Of a DNA stretch of 64,000 bases, positions 27,238-39,837 are shown one piece after another. Source of the stretch: the human T2T-CHM13v2.0 reference genome, Homo sapiens. Below the pieces are notes generated by a model that worked only from the letters and a program-made list of their open reading frames with translations, had not been told where the DNA came from and did no database searches. Positions within the stretch are counted from its first letter, which is position 1. The number at the start of each line of letters is the position of its first letter. The DNA lies in NCBI RefSeq assembly GCF_009914755.1, contig NC_060934.1. One strand, given 5' to 3'. Position numbers and translations under genes: made by a program.

Positions 27238-27352
27238 TCTTTTAGACAGAGTCTCACCACTACATTGCCTAGGCTAGACTCGAACTCCTGGGCTCAAGCA
27301 ATCCTCAGCTTCCCAAGTGGTGGGGCTACGGGTATCTGTCACCGCACCTGGC
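27238..27352 (-). mobile_element. FLAM / Alu left monomer
   Basis: agacagagtctc...ctcgaactcctgggctcaagcaatcctc...caccgcacctggc. Confidence 0.8.
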
Positions 27353-27359
27353 TTCTGTT

Positions 27360-28320
27360 CTCTGTTAAGCTTCAGTCAGGCTTCCCCAACATCCGTCCCA
27401 CCAGAACTGCTCTTACCACGTTGGCAATGACTCTCACATTGTTCAACCCAAGCGTCCAGTCAGTCCTCCCATTCTTTGGCCCTTTGGCTACACTTGATTG
27501 TGAGGCTGATCCATCCCAGTCCCAGGACCACTTTGTACTCCTGGGTTCCAAGATTATACTCCCCCGCTTCTCCCCTCCCTCACCGGCTGTCACTCCCATC
27601 TCCCCGTCTTCCTGACCTCTCAGTGCTGAGTGTGCAGGGCTAGTCCTTGGCCCCCATGTCTGTCTATATCTCTGCCTCATGGGTTTGGACACCATCCATG
27701 CACAGAAGGCCCTCATGTGGCTCAACCCTGGCCTTGACCCTGCCAATGCTGCATGTCCAAAGCAGAACTCCTGGTCTTTCCCTGCCCCAGAACCCACTCC
27801 TCCCAGGGTTCCCCCATCTCAGCCAGTGGATACCCCATCCTCAGATATTCCCTGCTCCCAGCTGCTTTGTTTCTCACCCGAGTTACTGCTGCAGCCTCTT
27901 CAAAACAGGGCAGCCAGCAAGAGTTCTTAAATGTGGGACTTAGATCACATTGCGCCCTGTGAAAACCCTGCAGGTTCCTGAGCTCGCTCAGAGCAACAGT
28001 CAGATCTGACACTATGGCCTATGAGGGTCCTGGGGACCGGCCACACGGCCTCTCGGCCTCCTTTATCCTCTCTTGTCCTGGCCGCACTGTCTCCTGCTGT
28101 TCCTACAGACATGTGCCCAGCATCTGGCTCTACACCTGCCATATGCCCTCTGCTCTCTGGGCCCTCCCGGATGCCCTAGGGTTCCTCTCTCAGCCCCTTC
28201 ACTCTTTACTGAAACATTACTTTTTCAACGACACCTCTCTTATCACTCTTTAGAAACTGCTTCCCCCACTGCTCCATTTCTCCTTCCTGCTTTACCTCAA
28301 CATTTACTTCAATTATATTA
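27360..28320 (+). mobile_element. L2 fragment
   Basis: catgtccaaagcagaactcc, cagcagccag-like and ttagatcacatt..ccctg motifs. Confidence 0.65.
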
Positions 28321-28370
28321 TAGAAGTGGAAGAAAGTAAGTTGCAGAACAATTTACAAAATATAAAACTA

Positions 28371-28835
28371 CAGTAGTCTCCCCTTATTCAAGCCAGGGAT
28401 ATATTCTTAGACCCCCAGTGGATGTTCCCAGACCCCTGAGGATGCCTGAAACTGCAGGTAGTACTGAACCCTGTATACAGTTTTTCCTATACATACATAT
28501 CTATGACAAAGTTTAATTACTAAATTGGCACCACACTTTTGTGCTCTGGAGCCATTATTAAGTAAAGTAAGGGTTACTGGAAGACAAACACTGTGATACA
28601 GCGACAGTGCATCTGACAGCTGAGATGGCTACTAAGTGACCACAGGCAGGTAGCTTAGACAGTGTGAAGATGCTGGACAAAGAGAGGATTCATGTGCTGG
28701 GCAAGATAGAGTGGGACACCACGCTACTCAGAACAGCATACAATTTAAAACTTATGAATCGTTTATTTCTGGACTGTGGGTGTCCATGGGTAACTGAAAC
28801 TGCAAACACGATACTGTGGATATGGGGAACCACTT
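28371..28835. mobile_element. MER44 (Tigger7-derived) DNA transposon
   Basis: TIR cagtagtctccccttat / atatggggaaccactt flanked by TA; internal gacccccagtggatg..tgaaac and gatgctggacaaagagaggattca. Confidence 0.85.
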
Positions 28836-29299
28836 TATATAAAAAGGAAAGAAAAACAAAAATCCTAAACAAAAGACATTGCAATGTATTCTCAGCGGGT
28901 GCTCGTGTTTGTACACAGTTAGGTCTGGAAGGAACATATCCCACCTAGAATGGTGATAATGTTCCTAAAGGGAAGCCCGGAGCTGTTATATTGTACATTT
29001 CATGAAGGGAATGAATTTTTTTATTATATAAATTACAATTAAAAGTTTTAAATGAAAGAGCTCTTTTGGAGTGGAGCTGGATCCCCTTACAGGAGTTCTA
29101 AAATAGCAATTAAAGGATCATTATTTGATACATGCTTATGAGTATTTATCTGAGACAAGCATCACACTAGGCTCTGGACCACAGCAAGCAAGAAGGTCAG
29201 AGCCTCTGCCTGCATGGAGCTCCCAAGCTAGTGGGAGAGACTAACACCGATCAGCCCACAACGAACAGGCCAGGATGCTGGTGGAAGCCTGGACCAAGC

Positions 29300-30030
29300 C
29301 TATCTGTGGTCCTCCCATGGGACCACCATCAGGGAACTGTGAGTGAGCACACTGGTCCCTCTCTGCAGGTGAGCTGCTTGGGTGAGCCTGGGACTCCAGC
29401 CTGCCTCCTCCACCCCGTCTCTCTCTTGCCAACCAGGGGCTCAGTGAGGGTGTGTGGATCACTCATGGGCCGAGCCCTGCACTGACAAGAGCACCTGGCA
29501 GCTGCCAAAGCTCAGACATTGCTCTCTGAGATCATATGGATCATGATGGAGCTCTGCCCAAATTCTCTTGAATCCCTTTTCCTGTGTCTATTTCCCTCCC
29601 CACCCCCAAATGTGCTGTCCTTCCAACAGTCTTCCCAGGGGTGGGTGGTGGTTTCTCAGGATTGCTGACAGGTTTTGGAAGACCGGCCTTGGGCTACTGG
29701 AGCCTGTTTTGCCCATGTACTGGGAAGACTGGGAGTGCCTAGGAGTTTATATCATCCACCCCTCGCCCAACTTAGGAGCTTAAAAACCTCTAACCAACCT
29801 TATTTCTAGCTAGGTACAGGGGTGTACTTCACTCTTCAGTTGGGGGCTCAGGCTGAGACCTCCCTTTCCTGTTACATCTGAAAGGGTAACAGGACTTTGC
29901 TCATGTCCTGCTTTCGGATCCCCCTCCCCCTCCCCCCCAACTGTGTCCCCTGAGGGTCTCGTTAATAGATTACTGCATGTGAATCCTTATCTCAGGGTCT
30001 GCTTTGGTTTGGAGATCCCCACTGAACATA
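29300..30030 (+). mobile_element. Old ERVL-type LTR (family uncertain)
   Basis: 3' end gaatccttatctcagggtctgcttt resembles LTR16-group termini. Confidence 0.4.
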
Positions 30031-30560
30031 TTCATTGTTTTCAGGACCTTTTGAATAGACTGTGGCAGCCTTTGAATAGACTTGTGCCTTTGAGCAGCTG
30101 CTGGGCTCTCAGCTCTGGAGATACTCCCTGGGGTGAGGCACCCTGCCGTGGGCCAGGGATGTTTCCTATCTGCAGCTCTGTGAGTGCAGCCCCTAGAGCA
30201 TGGAGAAGTGGCTGTAGGACAAGAGAGCTAAAACACAATTGATTTATAGAAGTCAATGAGATTTTAAAGCCGGGCTGGGAAAAGAGCAAAATGGATCTCA
30301 GAGCTGAATTGATTTAAAGGGTAAGTATTGAGCCAAAAGATTGATTGAGGAGAGAGAGATGGGGTATTGGAAGGGCACTCTGGAGGGGCCGGGAAGAGAT
30401 GGTTTCATCAAGTTAATGCAATTTGCTGCCAAGGGCAAAGGGGACCTCCTTCCGGGTCCCACACCGTCCTGGGAATTGTGCACAAGCATCAGATGATTTA
30501 TTACCTAATGGTTCTTGAGTGCCCCTACTTTTAAAAACTTGTTTATATATATGTGTATAG

Positions 30561-30851
30561 TTTTATTTGTTTATTTTTTTTTGAGATAGAGTCTTGCTGT
30601 ATCACCTAGGCTGGAGTGCAGTGGCATGATCATAGCTCACTGCAGGCTCAAACTCTTAGGTTCAGATGATTCTCCCACCTCAGCCTTCTGAGTAGCTGAG
30701 ATTACAGGTGTGTATGACTATGCCTGGCTAATTTTTTTTTTGTAAAGATGGGGTCTTGCTATGTTGCCCAGGCTGGTCTCAACCTCCTGGCCTCAAGTAA
30801 TCCTCCTGCCTCGGCTTCTGGAATTACAGGCATGAGCTACTACACCCAGCT
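30561..30851 (-). mobile_element. AluJ
   Basis: gatcatagctcactgcag..ctcaaactc and ggggtcttgctatgttgcccagg are AluJ diagnostics. Confidence 0.92.
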
Positions 30852-33800
30852 TAATTTGTGACTTGCATTCTTCCTGGCCCTAATTGGCCACCTGTTTGTT
30901 CCTAGGTTTCCATCTAAGGGGATCTAGAGAATGAGCCAGGCCCTCCTAATGAGCCTCGCCTCGGCATGAAGAACTAGAGCCAATAAGGTGCACAGCCTAT
31001 CCATTCCTGCCCCCAGGAGTGAAAATATTAATTTTTAAGTAGTGATTAGGTAGATTAGAGAGTTTGGATTTTTTTTTCATAGTGAATACTTTAATGATTT
31101 AACAATCAATATAAAAGATTGCATTCTTGAAAGTTATTTTAATCAATGCTTCCTGGGTCTGCCTCCTGGCTCAGCTGAGGCTGGTATTCAGCAAGGGCAG
31201 TGGGAAGCCGGGAGACACCCGAAGTGTTTGCTCTTTACTTCCATGCAGGATGCAGCCCTAGATTCAAGCGGATCTGGTGTTCATTTATCCATTCTTGAGA
31301 TTATGGGGCCTCCCGTATGCCCACCTGTGAGAGCCACTGCATATGGAGACGCAAGACACACACCTGCCCTGGCAGAGCTAACGGGGGACAGATGCCCCAA
31401 CACCAGATCTTGCTGTCATCTATAAAGGGAGAGGGGAGTGTGAAGGCAGCAGCAGTGAGACAGTCGGGCTTGGGGTGGGGCTGGCTGGAGGGGGCAGGGA
31501 GCCGGGGTGAGGTGAGGAGGGATGAATGAATGAGGTGAGCCTCACTGAGGGGTGGAGTGTGCCCAGCACGGGAACAGGAAGATGCAGAAAGTGAGAGGGT
31601 GAGTCCAGACCAGGAAGTATGGCTCCACTTCCAGGCTTTTCACCCTGACTCTCATAGGACCCACATTCCTGTCTTAGGAGAGACCATACCCTAAGCCCTT
31701 GCCAGACTAATGAAAACCCACCCTCTGAGAAAAAGCAGCCTGTTGGACCTCTTCCAACTTCTGCCTTCAACCCATTCTGGGGTCTCTCTCGTGGCTCCTT
31801 GGAAGAGACCGTGCCCCCTTTACAGGGTGTAGACAGTTTTCGCTACAGCCTTAGCCATCAGAGACATGGGTCTGATGTGGCTGTGATGTGGAGGGCCTCT
31901 GTGAGCTGGTGCCCAGCTTCCTCCCTCTCACACCACACACCTGGGTCTCTCCAAGCTGACAGGTCCCGCATGGGCCATTGTGCCACACCTCCACCCCTGT
32001 ATGTCTGCCTTTCCCTTTCCCTGGACTCATGACTCTGCTGGTGAATCCTGACTCACTTTTGAAGCATCAGTGTCAGTGCAATTACTTCCTAAGGTATGAA
32101 GACCCCTCTGGTAGGCTCTCAACGCAGAATGATTGACTTCCATCCCTTATGCTGCCCCTGGGACCTTGCTGACACCTCTGGCTGGACATGCACCTCTCCT
32201 TCATAAACATGCGTCTCATGTCTGCGAATGTGAGGCAGGAATCCTCAAGTTTGAAGAGGATGGGAACTCATCAAATCCAAGAGACTTTGTGCCTCTGTAG
32301 ATGATCTGCTTGGGTTGGAAGAAATCTGCCAACAGGATTCTCCTACCCACGGCCTGTTTCCACGCATGAAAAGCTAAAGGGCATGAGATTACTGATTCTC
32401 TGCCCATAATCAGAGAAGCAGCAAGCAGGAGAGTGGAAAAGTGAAACTGTAGCTTAGCAGTGGGTGAGGAGAGGCAGTGGGAGGTCATGGAAGATGCACA
32501 GGATTCTGAGTCCCGAGGCCCTTTAGCCTCTTAGAGCCTCAGGTTTCTGTCTATAAATGGGGGCCAGATACGGATCCTGCTGCTTCCTAGACTGTGGTGA
32601 GGATGAAATCAATGGGCAATTTTCTTTGAGAGCAGTTAAGTGCTGAGTGAACAGTGTAGGCCCTGTTTCTTGCTCCCGCAGGCTGTGCCCCTTGGAAGCC
32701 TCTCTCCTCTCTTCTGGACTTTGTTCAGGGGCTGATGGCCCAGGACCCCAGGTGCTTGCTGTTTCTGCTCTGTTCAGATAAGCAGGCCATTCACGAAGAG
32801 CCTGGGATCGGTAAAATCAATATAATTCCATGTCGATTATAAATTTCATTTTCTGCCTGCCTATGAGCCATTAGCTTAGATCAATATATTCTCTACCCTT
32901 GGTTAAGTAATCACTGGGGCTGGTGAGGATTTCAGCAGAGTCAGGGCAGGATCCTGACTACCTTGCTGCCTTGGATAGTGGAGTCCAAGGTGGCCTCCTG
33001 GCCCACGCCTAACTCAGTTCAGGCCTGTCTTGCAAATAAATCATTTATCCCCTCCTTCAAACAATAAGGTCATGGCCAGTTCTCCAGCTGTCTGGGGCTA
33101 CAAGACCAGCTTGGAGCTGCTCCAGCCCAGCACCTAGCAGCACTGTGTGTTCTGAGTGTCTAAGGGCACTGGTCAGGTGGGGGCACTTATGGATGTCTAA
33201 CATCTTCCGTGGGAAGAGAAACTCTGTTTTCCCATCAGTTGGTTGGAGTTATCTGGGAAGAAGGAGAACATGAGGGTTGGTGGGGGAAGAGGCTTGAGTT
33301 TGCAGCGCCCCTCTTCTGGGTACAAACAGCCACCTTCATCTCCTGGCATGAACCTCAGGCAGCAACAGATGGACTGGTGGCCTAAGGGCTGGGTGGAGGG
33401 TGGTGGCTGGGAGTGTTTGTTCTCAGCTTGTGGTGCTGAAACACTCTGGTACTTACAAACTCTGCAGGGCGGGGAGGTGCCAGCTGCTGCCCAGCACACA
33501 GCTGGCACTGGGGGAAGAGTGTCTGGAAGCAGAGGAACCCAGCTCTCCATAGATCTGTTTCAACAAAGGCCCCTGTGTCTCCCTCTCCTTCTCTGCAGGT
33601 GGCAGACGGGAAACACCATTGCTCCCACTAGCATTTACCCTCTCTCCCTGCCCTCAGGGCCACTCCCTGCGCACCTGCTGCCCCCACTGCAGCCTGCATC
33701 ATTGACTAAGGCTCCAGACAGGCACGCCACTCCATTGTCTAAAACCCTGCCTGGATGTGGGACAGGCTCATTCCCTCACATCACCTTGTCCTCCCACTGC

Positions 33801-33939
33801 CTTCCTGCATTGCAGCCACCACAGGGGCACACCGCTTGCCCCAGGTTGCCACCTCTGGGCCTTAGCACAGAGGCTTTCACAACCTGGGGCAGCTTTCCTC
33901 TCTTGCTGCCTGGATCCAAGCCTGGCATGTAAATGTGAA

Positions 33940-34150
33940 GGCACGCACTATATGTTCAGAAGCCTTTGGGTTCTTGATCCCAGCAGTGCCCCTTCCTGGT
34001 TGGGTACCCTTCCTGGCTGGCAAGTTCTTTATCCTTTCTGGGACTCAATTTCCTTATCCGAAAAATGGGGCAATAGTGGTCTTTTTCTCAATGGGAATCT
34101 TTTGAGGATGAAGGGAGATAATGCATGTGACTGCACATGCTAGGTGCAAT
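33940..34150 (+). mobile_element. MIR
   Basis: ctcaatttccttatccgaaaaatgggg...gaggatgaagggagataatgcatgt. Confidence 0.7.
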
Positions 34151-35309
34151 AGGACTTCAAGCAGGAAGTTCCAACAGGGCTCCAAGCCACACGGGATGTG
34201 ACATTCTAAAGTGAGGGACAAACCAGGAAGCATGCTTTCAAAGAGGTAGGTCAAAGCCTGCTACCATGGACCGAGAAATGTTGACCTGGTCTTATATGTT
34301 GCAAACAAAAGTGACCCTGGGGCACCTCTATCCAGGCATGCCCAGAGTTAACCCAGGGACTGCCACGTGGGGACACTGGAGGACACAAGTAAAGTCATTT
34401 CATGTGCTGTGCTTGCTTGACAGCATGTCCCATGAGCTCAACAGTCATTAGTGTGGTTGTTGCGATTATTAAGCACTTGGTAAGTGCATGAAGAGTTAAA
34501 TCAGTTCTGACTCCTCATGTGAGCAGGGAGGGGAAGCTACCCGAGCCTGCAGTGTTTGGAATAGCCAATCTTTTTTCCCAGAAATATGGGAGTTGAAGTA
34601 AAATAGCAGCCAAATCTGGGATTCCTAAACATCACCAGGTGGCAGGGGCCAGGCCCATCTGAGCCCACCACACACCTTTGTATCCATGGCCAACACCTGG
34701 CACCACTGGTGAGGGCTAACTCCACAGGGTGCCCACTGCTCTGTGGCCCATCAGTTCCCCCTCCCCTTTCCCACTAGCCTGCTGCTTGGCCAGGCTGACT
34801 TTCAGGGGAACAAATCTGGGACAGGCCAGCACAGAGTGGGTGGCCTGTCTCCACCTTTCATTTTGGCCCCTGCACCTAGTGATGGCATTGTGCGTACCTG
34901 CCATGGAGACAGGTGCTTGTGAGGGTTGGACAGGATCTGACAGCTTTGTATTGCTGGCATCCCTGGGGGCATGAGCTGTTCAGTGACACGTCAGCCTCCA
35001 TCTGCCTCTGTGCAGCACTAGATTTGGGAGGGAGGCTTCTCAGATCTCAGAGTCTTGTGTTTAAGCTGCTTCTGCTCTTATTAGTGGTGCAATTTTGAGC
35101 ATTTTACTTATATTATTCTGCCTCTGTTTTCTCCCTTGTCTCACAGAGTTGGTGTAAAGATTAAAATAGGACATTTGCATGTAATGGAAGGTCCAGCTTG
35201 CATCTGGCACATTTTAAACACTCAACAGAGATTCTCTCACTTTCCTTCCTTCCTTAAAGAGGAAAGTGGAAGGACTGTTTGTGGCCTTTAATGTATTAAC
35301 AGTGGAAAG

Positions 35310-35555
35310 TCATATCCTTGATTGCATTTATATAAAATTGAAGAATAGGTGAGATCACTCTAGGGTGCTAGAAATCAGAAAAGTGTCACTCTGGTTGGGA
35401 GACGAGCCAGGGTGACTGGGAAGACACAGGAGAAAACTTTCTGGGCTTAAGGAAAATGCTTTATATCTTGATCTTCAGGCTGGTCACTGAGAGAACACTT
35501 AAGATTTGTGCATTTTACTCTGTAAATTATGCCTCAATAAGAAAATGTTAAAAAT
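35310..35555 (+). mobile_element. L1ME/L1MC 3' end
   Basis: tatatcttgatc...cacttaagatttgtgcattttact..gtaaattatgcctcaataa. Confidence 0.75.
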
Positions 35556-37659
35556 TTTAGAAATAAACAATGAAAATCCCAGAGGAGTATTCAAAAAAAA
35601 AAAAAATCAGGCTGCAGTGTGATTTGAGGCCACTCTTGTTCAAAGATCCCCAAATTGCAAACTTTTATTTCCTCGAATCAGGTTCCCCAGGGTTTGTCCT
35701 GGACCCTTTGCTGATCTGAGGGCCTCTGCAACTTCATTTCACTTCTGAGCAAATTTTTAGAATGGACTGACAAGAGACAGCTTGGTTCTCTCCATGGGGT
35801 GGAGTACCTGGCTAGTGGCAGAGGATGTCCAGGCTTGGGCATCTCTGCTGTCACGGAAGGTTATCAGCTACAAACAGTGGTGCCAGGGCCTGGCCTGGAA
35901 GTAGAGACTGCTGGGTGATTCCCTTTGGTCCTCCTTCTCCAGAGCAGGCTCTTCTGAGGCCTCTAGTCCCTGGCTAAGCTCCAGCCCACAGCCTGGATGC
36001 ACCCTTCCATGAGCAGTTCTAATACGCCCCTTCCTCAGCATATCTTACTGACCATTCTGCTAGACCTCTGTCCTCTCTCTGAATCAGGCAAAGCCAGATG
36101 CTGTGTCACCTAATTAGGTGACTGTTCCTTAGCTGCTTCACTCTCAGAGCCATGAAGGTGGTGAGAGTCATAGGGAGCCATCATGGTACCTGACAAACCT
36201 GGGCAGGGGCATCACAGCATCGCCAAGGGCACATCCTGGGAGCCACAACATTCATAACTAAGCAATCCCAGGAGGCCTGCTAACCCTATGAGTGTCCCTG
36301 AAGGGCAGAATCTTCCAGGGCTCTGAAGGATCCCCCAGTCTGAGCAGGTATGAGGTCAGTTGACCTCTGGGCTGTGATTCCCTAACCACTTTTCAAGTAG
36401 TCCTGCAGCCTTGGGGCAAAACCCAGGAGTGTCCTATCCCTTTACTTCCATTCCCCACCCCACAGAGGCAGCCACTTTCAACATTTGTCATTGGTTCTTT
36501 TGGTATTACTTCTATGTTTCCAGATAGTATTTATTTATTACCACTTCTTGATTTTTTCCTTTTAAGTGTTATTTATTAACTTCTTACTATAGAAGATGAA
36601 GATTTTGTTTCTTTTACACCCTTTCCCCCCACCATCCATAAGCACCCACTCCACCCTCCCAATTAGTTATATTAAAATTTTGGTTAGATTAACAACAGAA
36701 TTTCCATTATTAGCACCGTTTAATTGCTAGTCCCACTTGAGGTATGTTATATATGATAATAATTTTTCTTTCATGAATCACTTTTGTTTTCTGTGGAGTT
36801 CATAATTGCCTTGTTTTTTATTTGCTTAGTTTTCTGCTAGGTATCAATAATCCAACCTCAAACATTCTATGAGTTGTCTAGATCTAATCTCCATGTGTTT
36901 AGATGCACCTTCTTAAAAATATCATTGCATTTTATCACTGAAATAATCTACAGCTCTCATGGAGATGTACAGGGCCAGGTGCAGAGGTCTTCAGATAGTG
37001 TTGGGTTAGAGAGAAGGCAGAGGCCTTAGCATTGGACAGACAAATTTAGATCCCACATTTATTGGCTGGGCGACCATGATTCTTCTACATCTGTCAAAAT
37101 GGTAACAATGATATCACATTATAGTGTAGTCATGAGAATTAAATGAGGTACAACAAAAGTGCCTGGAGCATGGGTGCACAATAAATGTTGGTTTACTTTC
37201 TTGTGGGACAATCACAAGAATAAGGCCATTGAAGGTACTTCATCATATTAATAGAGCTTTCTCTCCCCACCCCCAAAGTATTGACCAGGCTCTGAACATT
37301 CATCAAGGCTCCTGAGACATTGACACTCCTGCTACAGGAGATGGTTAAAGCTCCTATAACTTGGCCCATCAGTCTGATGATTTCCTTTAAAAGAAGGAGC
37401 CTCCTTAATAGCATCAACAATTTTATTTTGAAATATTGCAAACAAAGACAGAAATTCTAAAAGGAAAATATATACGAGTTAAAAACAGGTACATCTAGAA
37501 AAAAAACCCACTCTAATATAAAAATAAAGGGCAAGCAACAAATTGGGAAAATATTTGCAACATATGAGTCAGTGAAAGATGAGGCCAAATTTCCTAAGTA
37601 CCGGGCCAGCTTGGGTAGAGACAGTGCTCCAGCCACCCAGGCAAATGCTTTCTCCTCTA

Positions 37660-38127
37660 TCCAGCTATTCATCCACTCACTCAAAAAACACAGGTTGAGT
37701 GTCCACCAGGTACCTGGCATTGGGGGTATAATGATGTCCCCGAACAGAAATGGTTCCTGCTTTCACGAAGCTCATGGAGCAATGCAAGTGACAGATATTC
37801 ACCAATCAGTCACACTCAGGAGTATACAACTGCAACCTATGGTAAATATCATAAAGAAAAGGAGAGATGGAGCAGAGGATCCAGCCTGGACTGGGGTGTG
37901 TGGGAAGACTTCTCTGGCTGGCAACACTTGAACTATACTATAACTGGAGGGTGAATAGGAATTAAGGTGTGTGTGTATGTTTGTATGCATGAACGCATGT
38001 GCACACACATACAGGCATGCATGTGCGCACATGTGAATGTGGGAGGCATTTCAGGGGAAAGAACGATGTGCAAAAGCCCTATGGTGGAAGCCTCATGGAA
38101 CACTGAGGACTGGAAGAGGGCTGTATG
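37660..38127 (-). mobile_element. L2 3' region with (TG/CA) low-complexity patch
   Basis: ttcatccactcactcaa...gagtgtccaccagg...aacgatgtgcaaaagccct. Confidence 0.65.
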
Positions 38128-38243
38128 GCTGGCCTATACGCACTAGATGCCAGTAGCACCCCTCAGTTGGAATAACCAAAAATACTCCAAACAATGCCAA
38201 ATGTTCTCTAGTGGGGCAAATTGCTCCTGGTTGAGAACCATTG
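38128..38243. mobile_element. MER20 fragment (hAT-Charlie)
   Basis: cactagatgccagtagcacccc..agttg...gccaaatgt...ggggcaaa..ggttgagaaccattg. Confidence 0.85.
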
Positions 38244-38326
38244 ACTTAAAACAAACATTTATGAGAAATCCTGGATTTCAAAGACAGGCTGCCTGTAAGC
38301 CCCTTTGCTGAAGCACTGGTCTCTTA

Positions 38327-38628
38327 CTAGCACTGTCCAATAGAAATATAAAAAATATAATATGAGTCACATATGTACTTGTAAATGTTCTAGTAGCTAT
38401 AGTAAAAGAATGTAAAACAGGTAAAATTAGTTTTAATAATAGATTTTATTTAACCCAATATATCCAAAATACTGTCATTTCAGTAAAATAATTATTAATG
38501 AGATATTGTACATTCTTTTTTTGTACTAAATCATCAAAATTTGGTGTGTCTTTTTCTCAATTTGGACTAGTGACATGCCAAGTGCTTAGTAGCCACATGT
38601 GGCCAGTGGCCAGCTCATTACACAGGAG
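38327..38628. mobile_element. MER33 (hAT-Charlie)
   Basis: gcactgtccaatagaaatataa...ttttatttaacccaatatatccaaaa...agccacatgtggccagtggc. Confidence 0.85.
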
Positions 38629-39803
38629 TGGGAGGGTGGAACTAAGCTCTCGCAGAGGTATCTGGCTTGTCCTATCCCTTGGGTCATCACTAGACTTGCC
38701 CCCTCCTCAGCAGAGCCATGCAAGTTCCTCCTTTGCCCATTGGGGTACACAGGGTTCAGCCCATGCGAAAGCACCCCACAGAGGGGTCCTGACGTCTGTG
38801 GAACACACTGGAAGGCTGGTCCCATCCAGGAAAATCATCCAAGTGCTTGCAGTGTGCTAATAAGATGGGTGTGTTCCCTGTGAATCCACAGGAGGCTGGA
38901 GGCCCCCCGCTGCAAACACCTGGTGAGACACAAACTGTTTCCAAGCTCCCAGGCAAATGCTCCATCCACCTCCAAAGACCCATCCTCCACTTCATTGTTT
39001 ACAAAAGGAGCTCAGCCCTCCCAGATACTGGCCACCTGAAAAGACACATTCTATTTTTGTAAAAGACAGATGTTCTCATTCAAAATGACACTTTCCGTGG
39101 CTAAGAAGTTGTTGTCCATGGAGATGCTGTCTCTAGCCCCATACAGTGGCCAAGTCTTCAGGTCACTGTGCTGGGTCGCTGGCTGGACACAGGCTGGCTA
39201 GCCCAGTCCTGGACTCTCCTGACCCCCATCTCTTGCTGGTCTGAGTCTGCTCCCGCATCCACCCGTCCTGCCCCCAGACCCTGCAGCTTTCTGAGTGTTC
39301 TGGCAGGAAAGCCTGCCTGCCCCTGGCCTGCTTGAGGAAATACTGTCTGCAAAGCAGCGGGAACGAAGACCCTCGCTTGCACCCAGCTGTCTCTAGAAGC
39401 CAGGGCATGGCCTTCCCTGGTAAGGGGTGCTTCTGTGTTGGCCACAGGGCAAATCTTGGGCATTTCCTTTTTAGTAAAGAAGCAAAGTTTCCTTAAAGTT
39501 GCCACCAGGTCACCTGGAGCGACCGAGGGCCTCTGTAAAATGTGGAATGTGGGGCGAAGTGTGCACACCCACTGGGGCACTAAGCCGGCCACCGCCCTTT
39601 TGCAACTTCAGGTCGTGTCCCCACCCAGCCCAGGAGTTTCACGAGGAAGGGCACTTCCTCAGGAGGATGCTCACTATTCAGCGGCAATGGTCCCAGAACG
39701 CCCGCCCCATGTGACACATGGCGTGACGGCTGGCCAAGTGTCCGCGCACGTTTGCCAAGAGGCACATGCGGTGCCCAGAGAAACCCCAGAAAGTTGGACT
39801 TAC

Positions 39804-39837
39804 CCCTCCTGGCCTGCCTGATCTTTGGGCTCAGCAT
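39804..39837 (-). CDS. ARHGAP22: ARHGAP22 coding exon 1 (34 nt, MLSPKIRQARR + 1 nt)
   Basis: ATG at 39837 (AAC ATG C) followed by strong donor G|GTAAGT at 39803-39798. Phase 1 joins exon 2 as G+CC (Ala), giving [22 protein letters not shown], the recognised ARHGAP22 N-terminus. Confidence 0.96.

Noticed and set aside
33243-33932. Longest ORF in the track (229 aa, plus strand)
   Set aside because: Non-ATG start, Pro/Leu/Gly-rich composition typical of GC-rich noncoding DNA, no recognisable domain or splice structure.
39580-39803. Extension of the exon 1 ORF past MLSPKIRQARR (GKSNFLG...)
   Set aside because: Read-through into intron 1 beyond a consensus GTAAGT donor.
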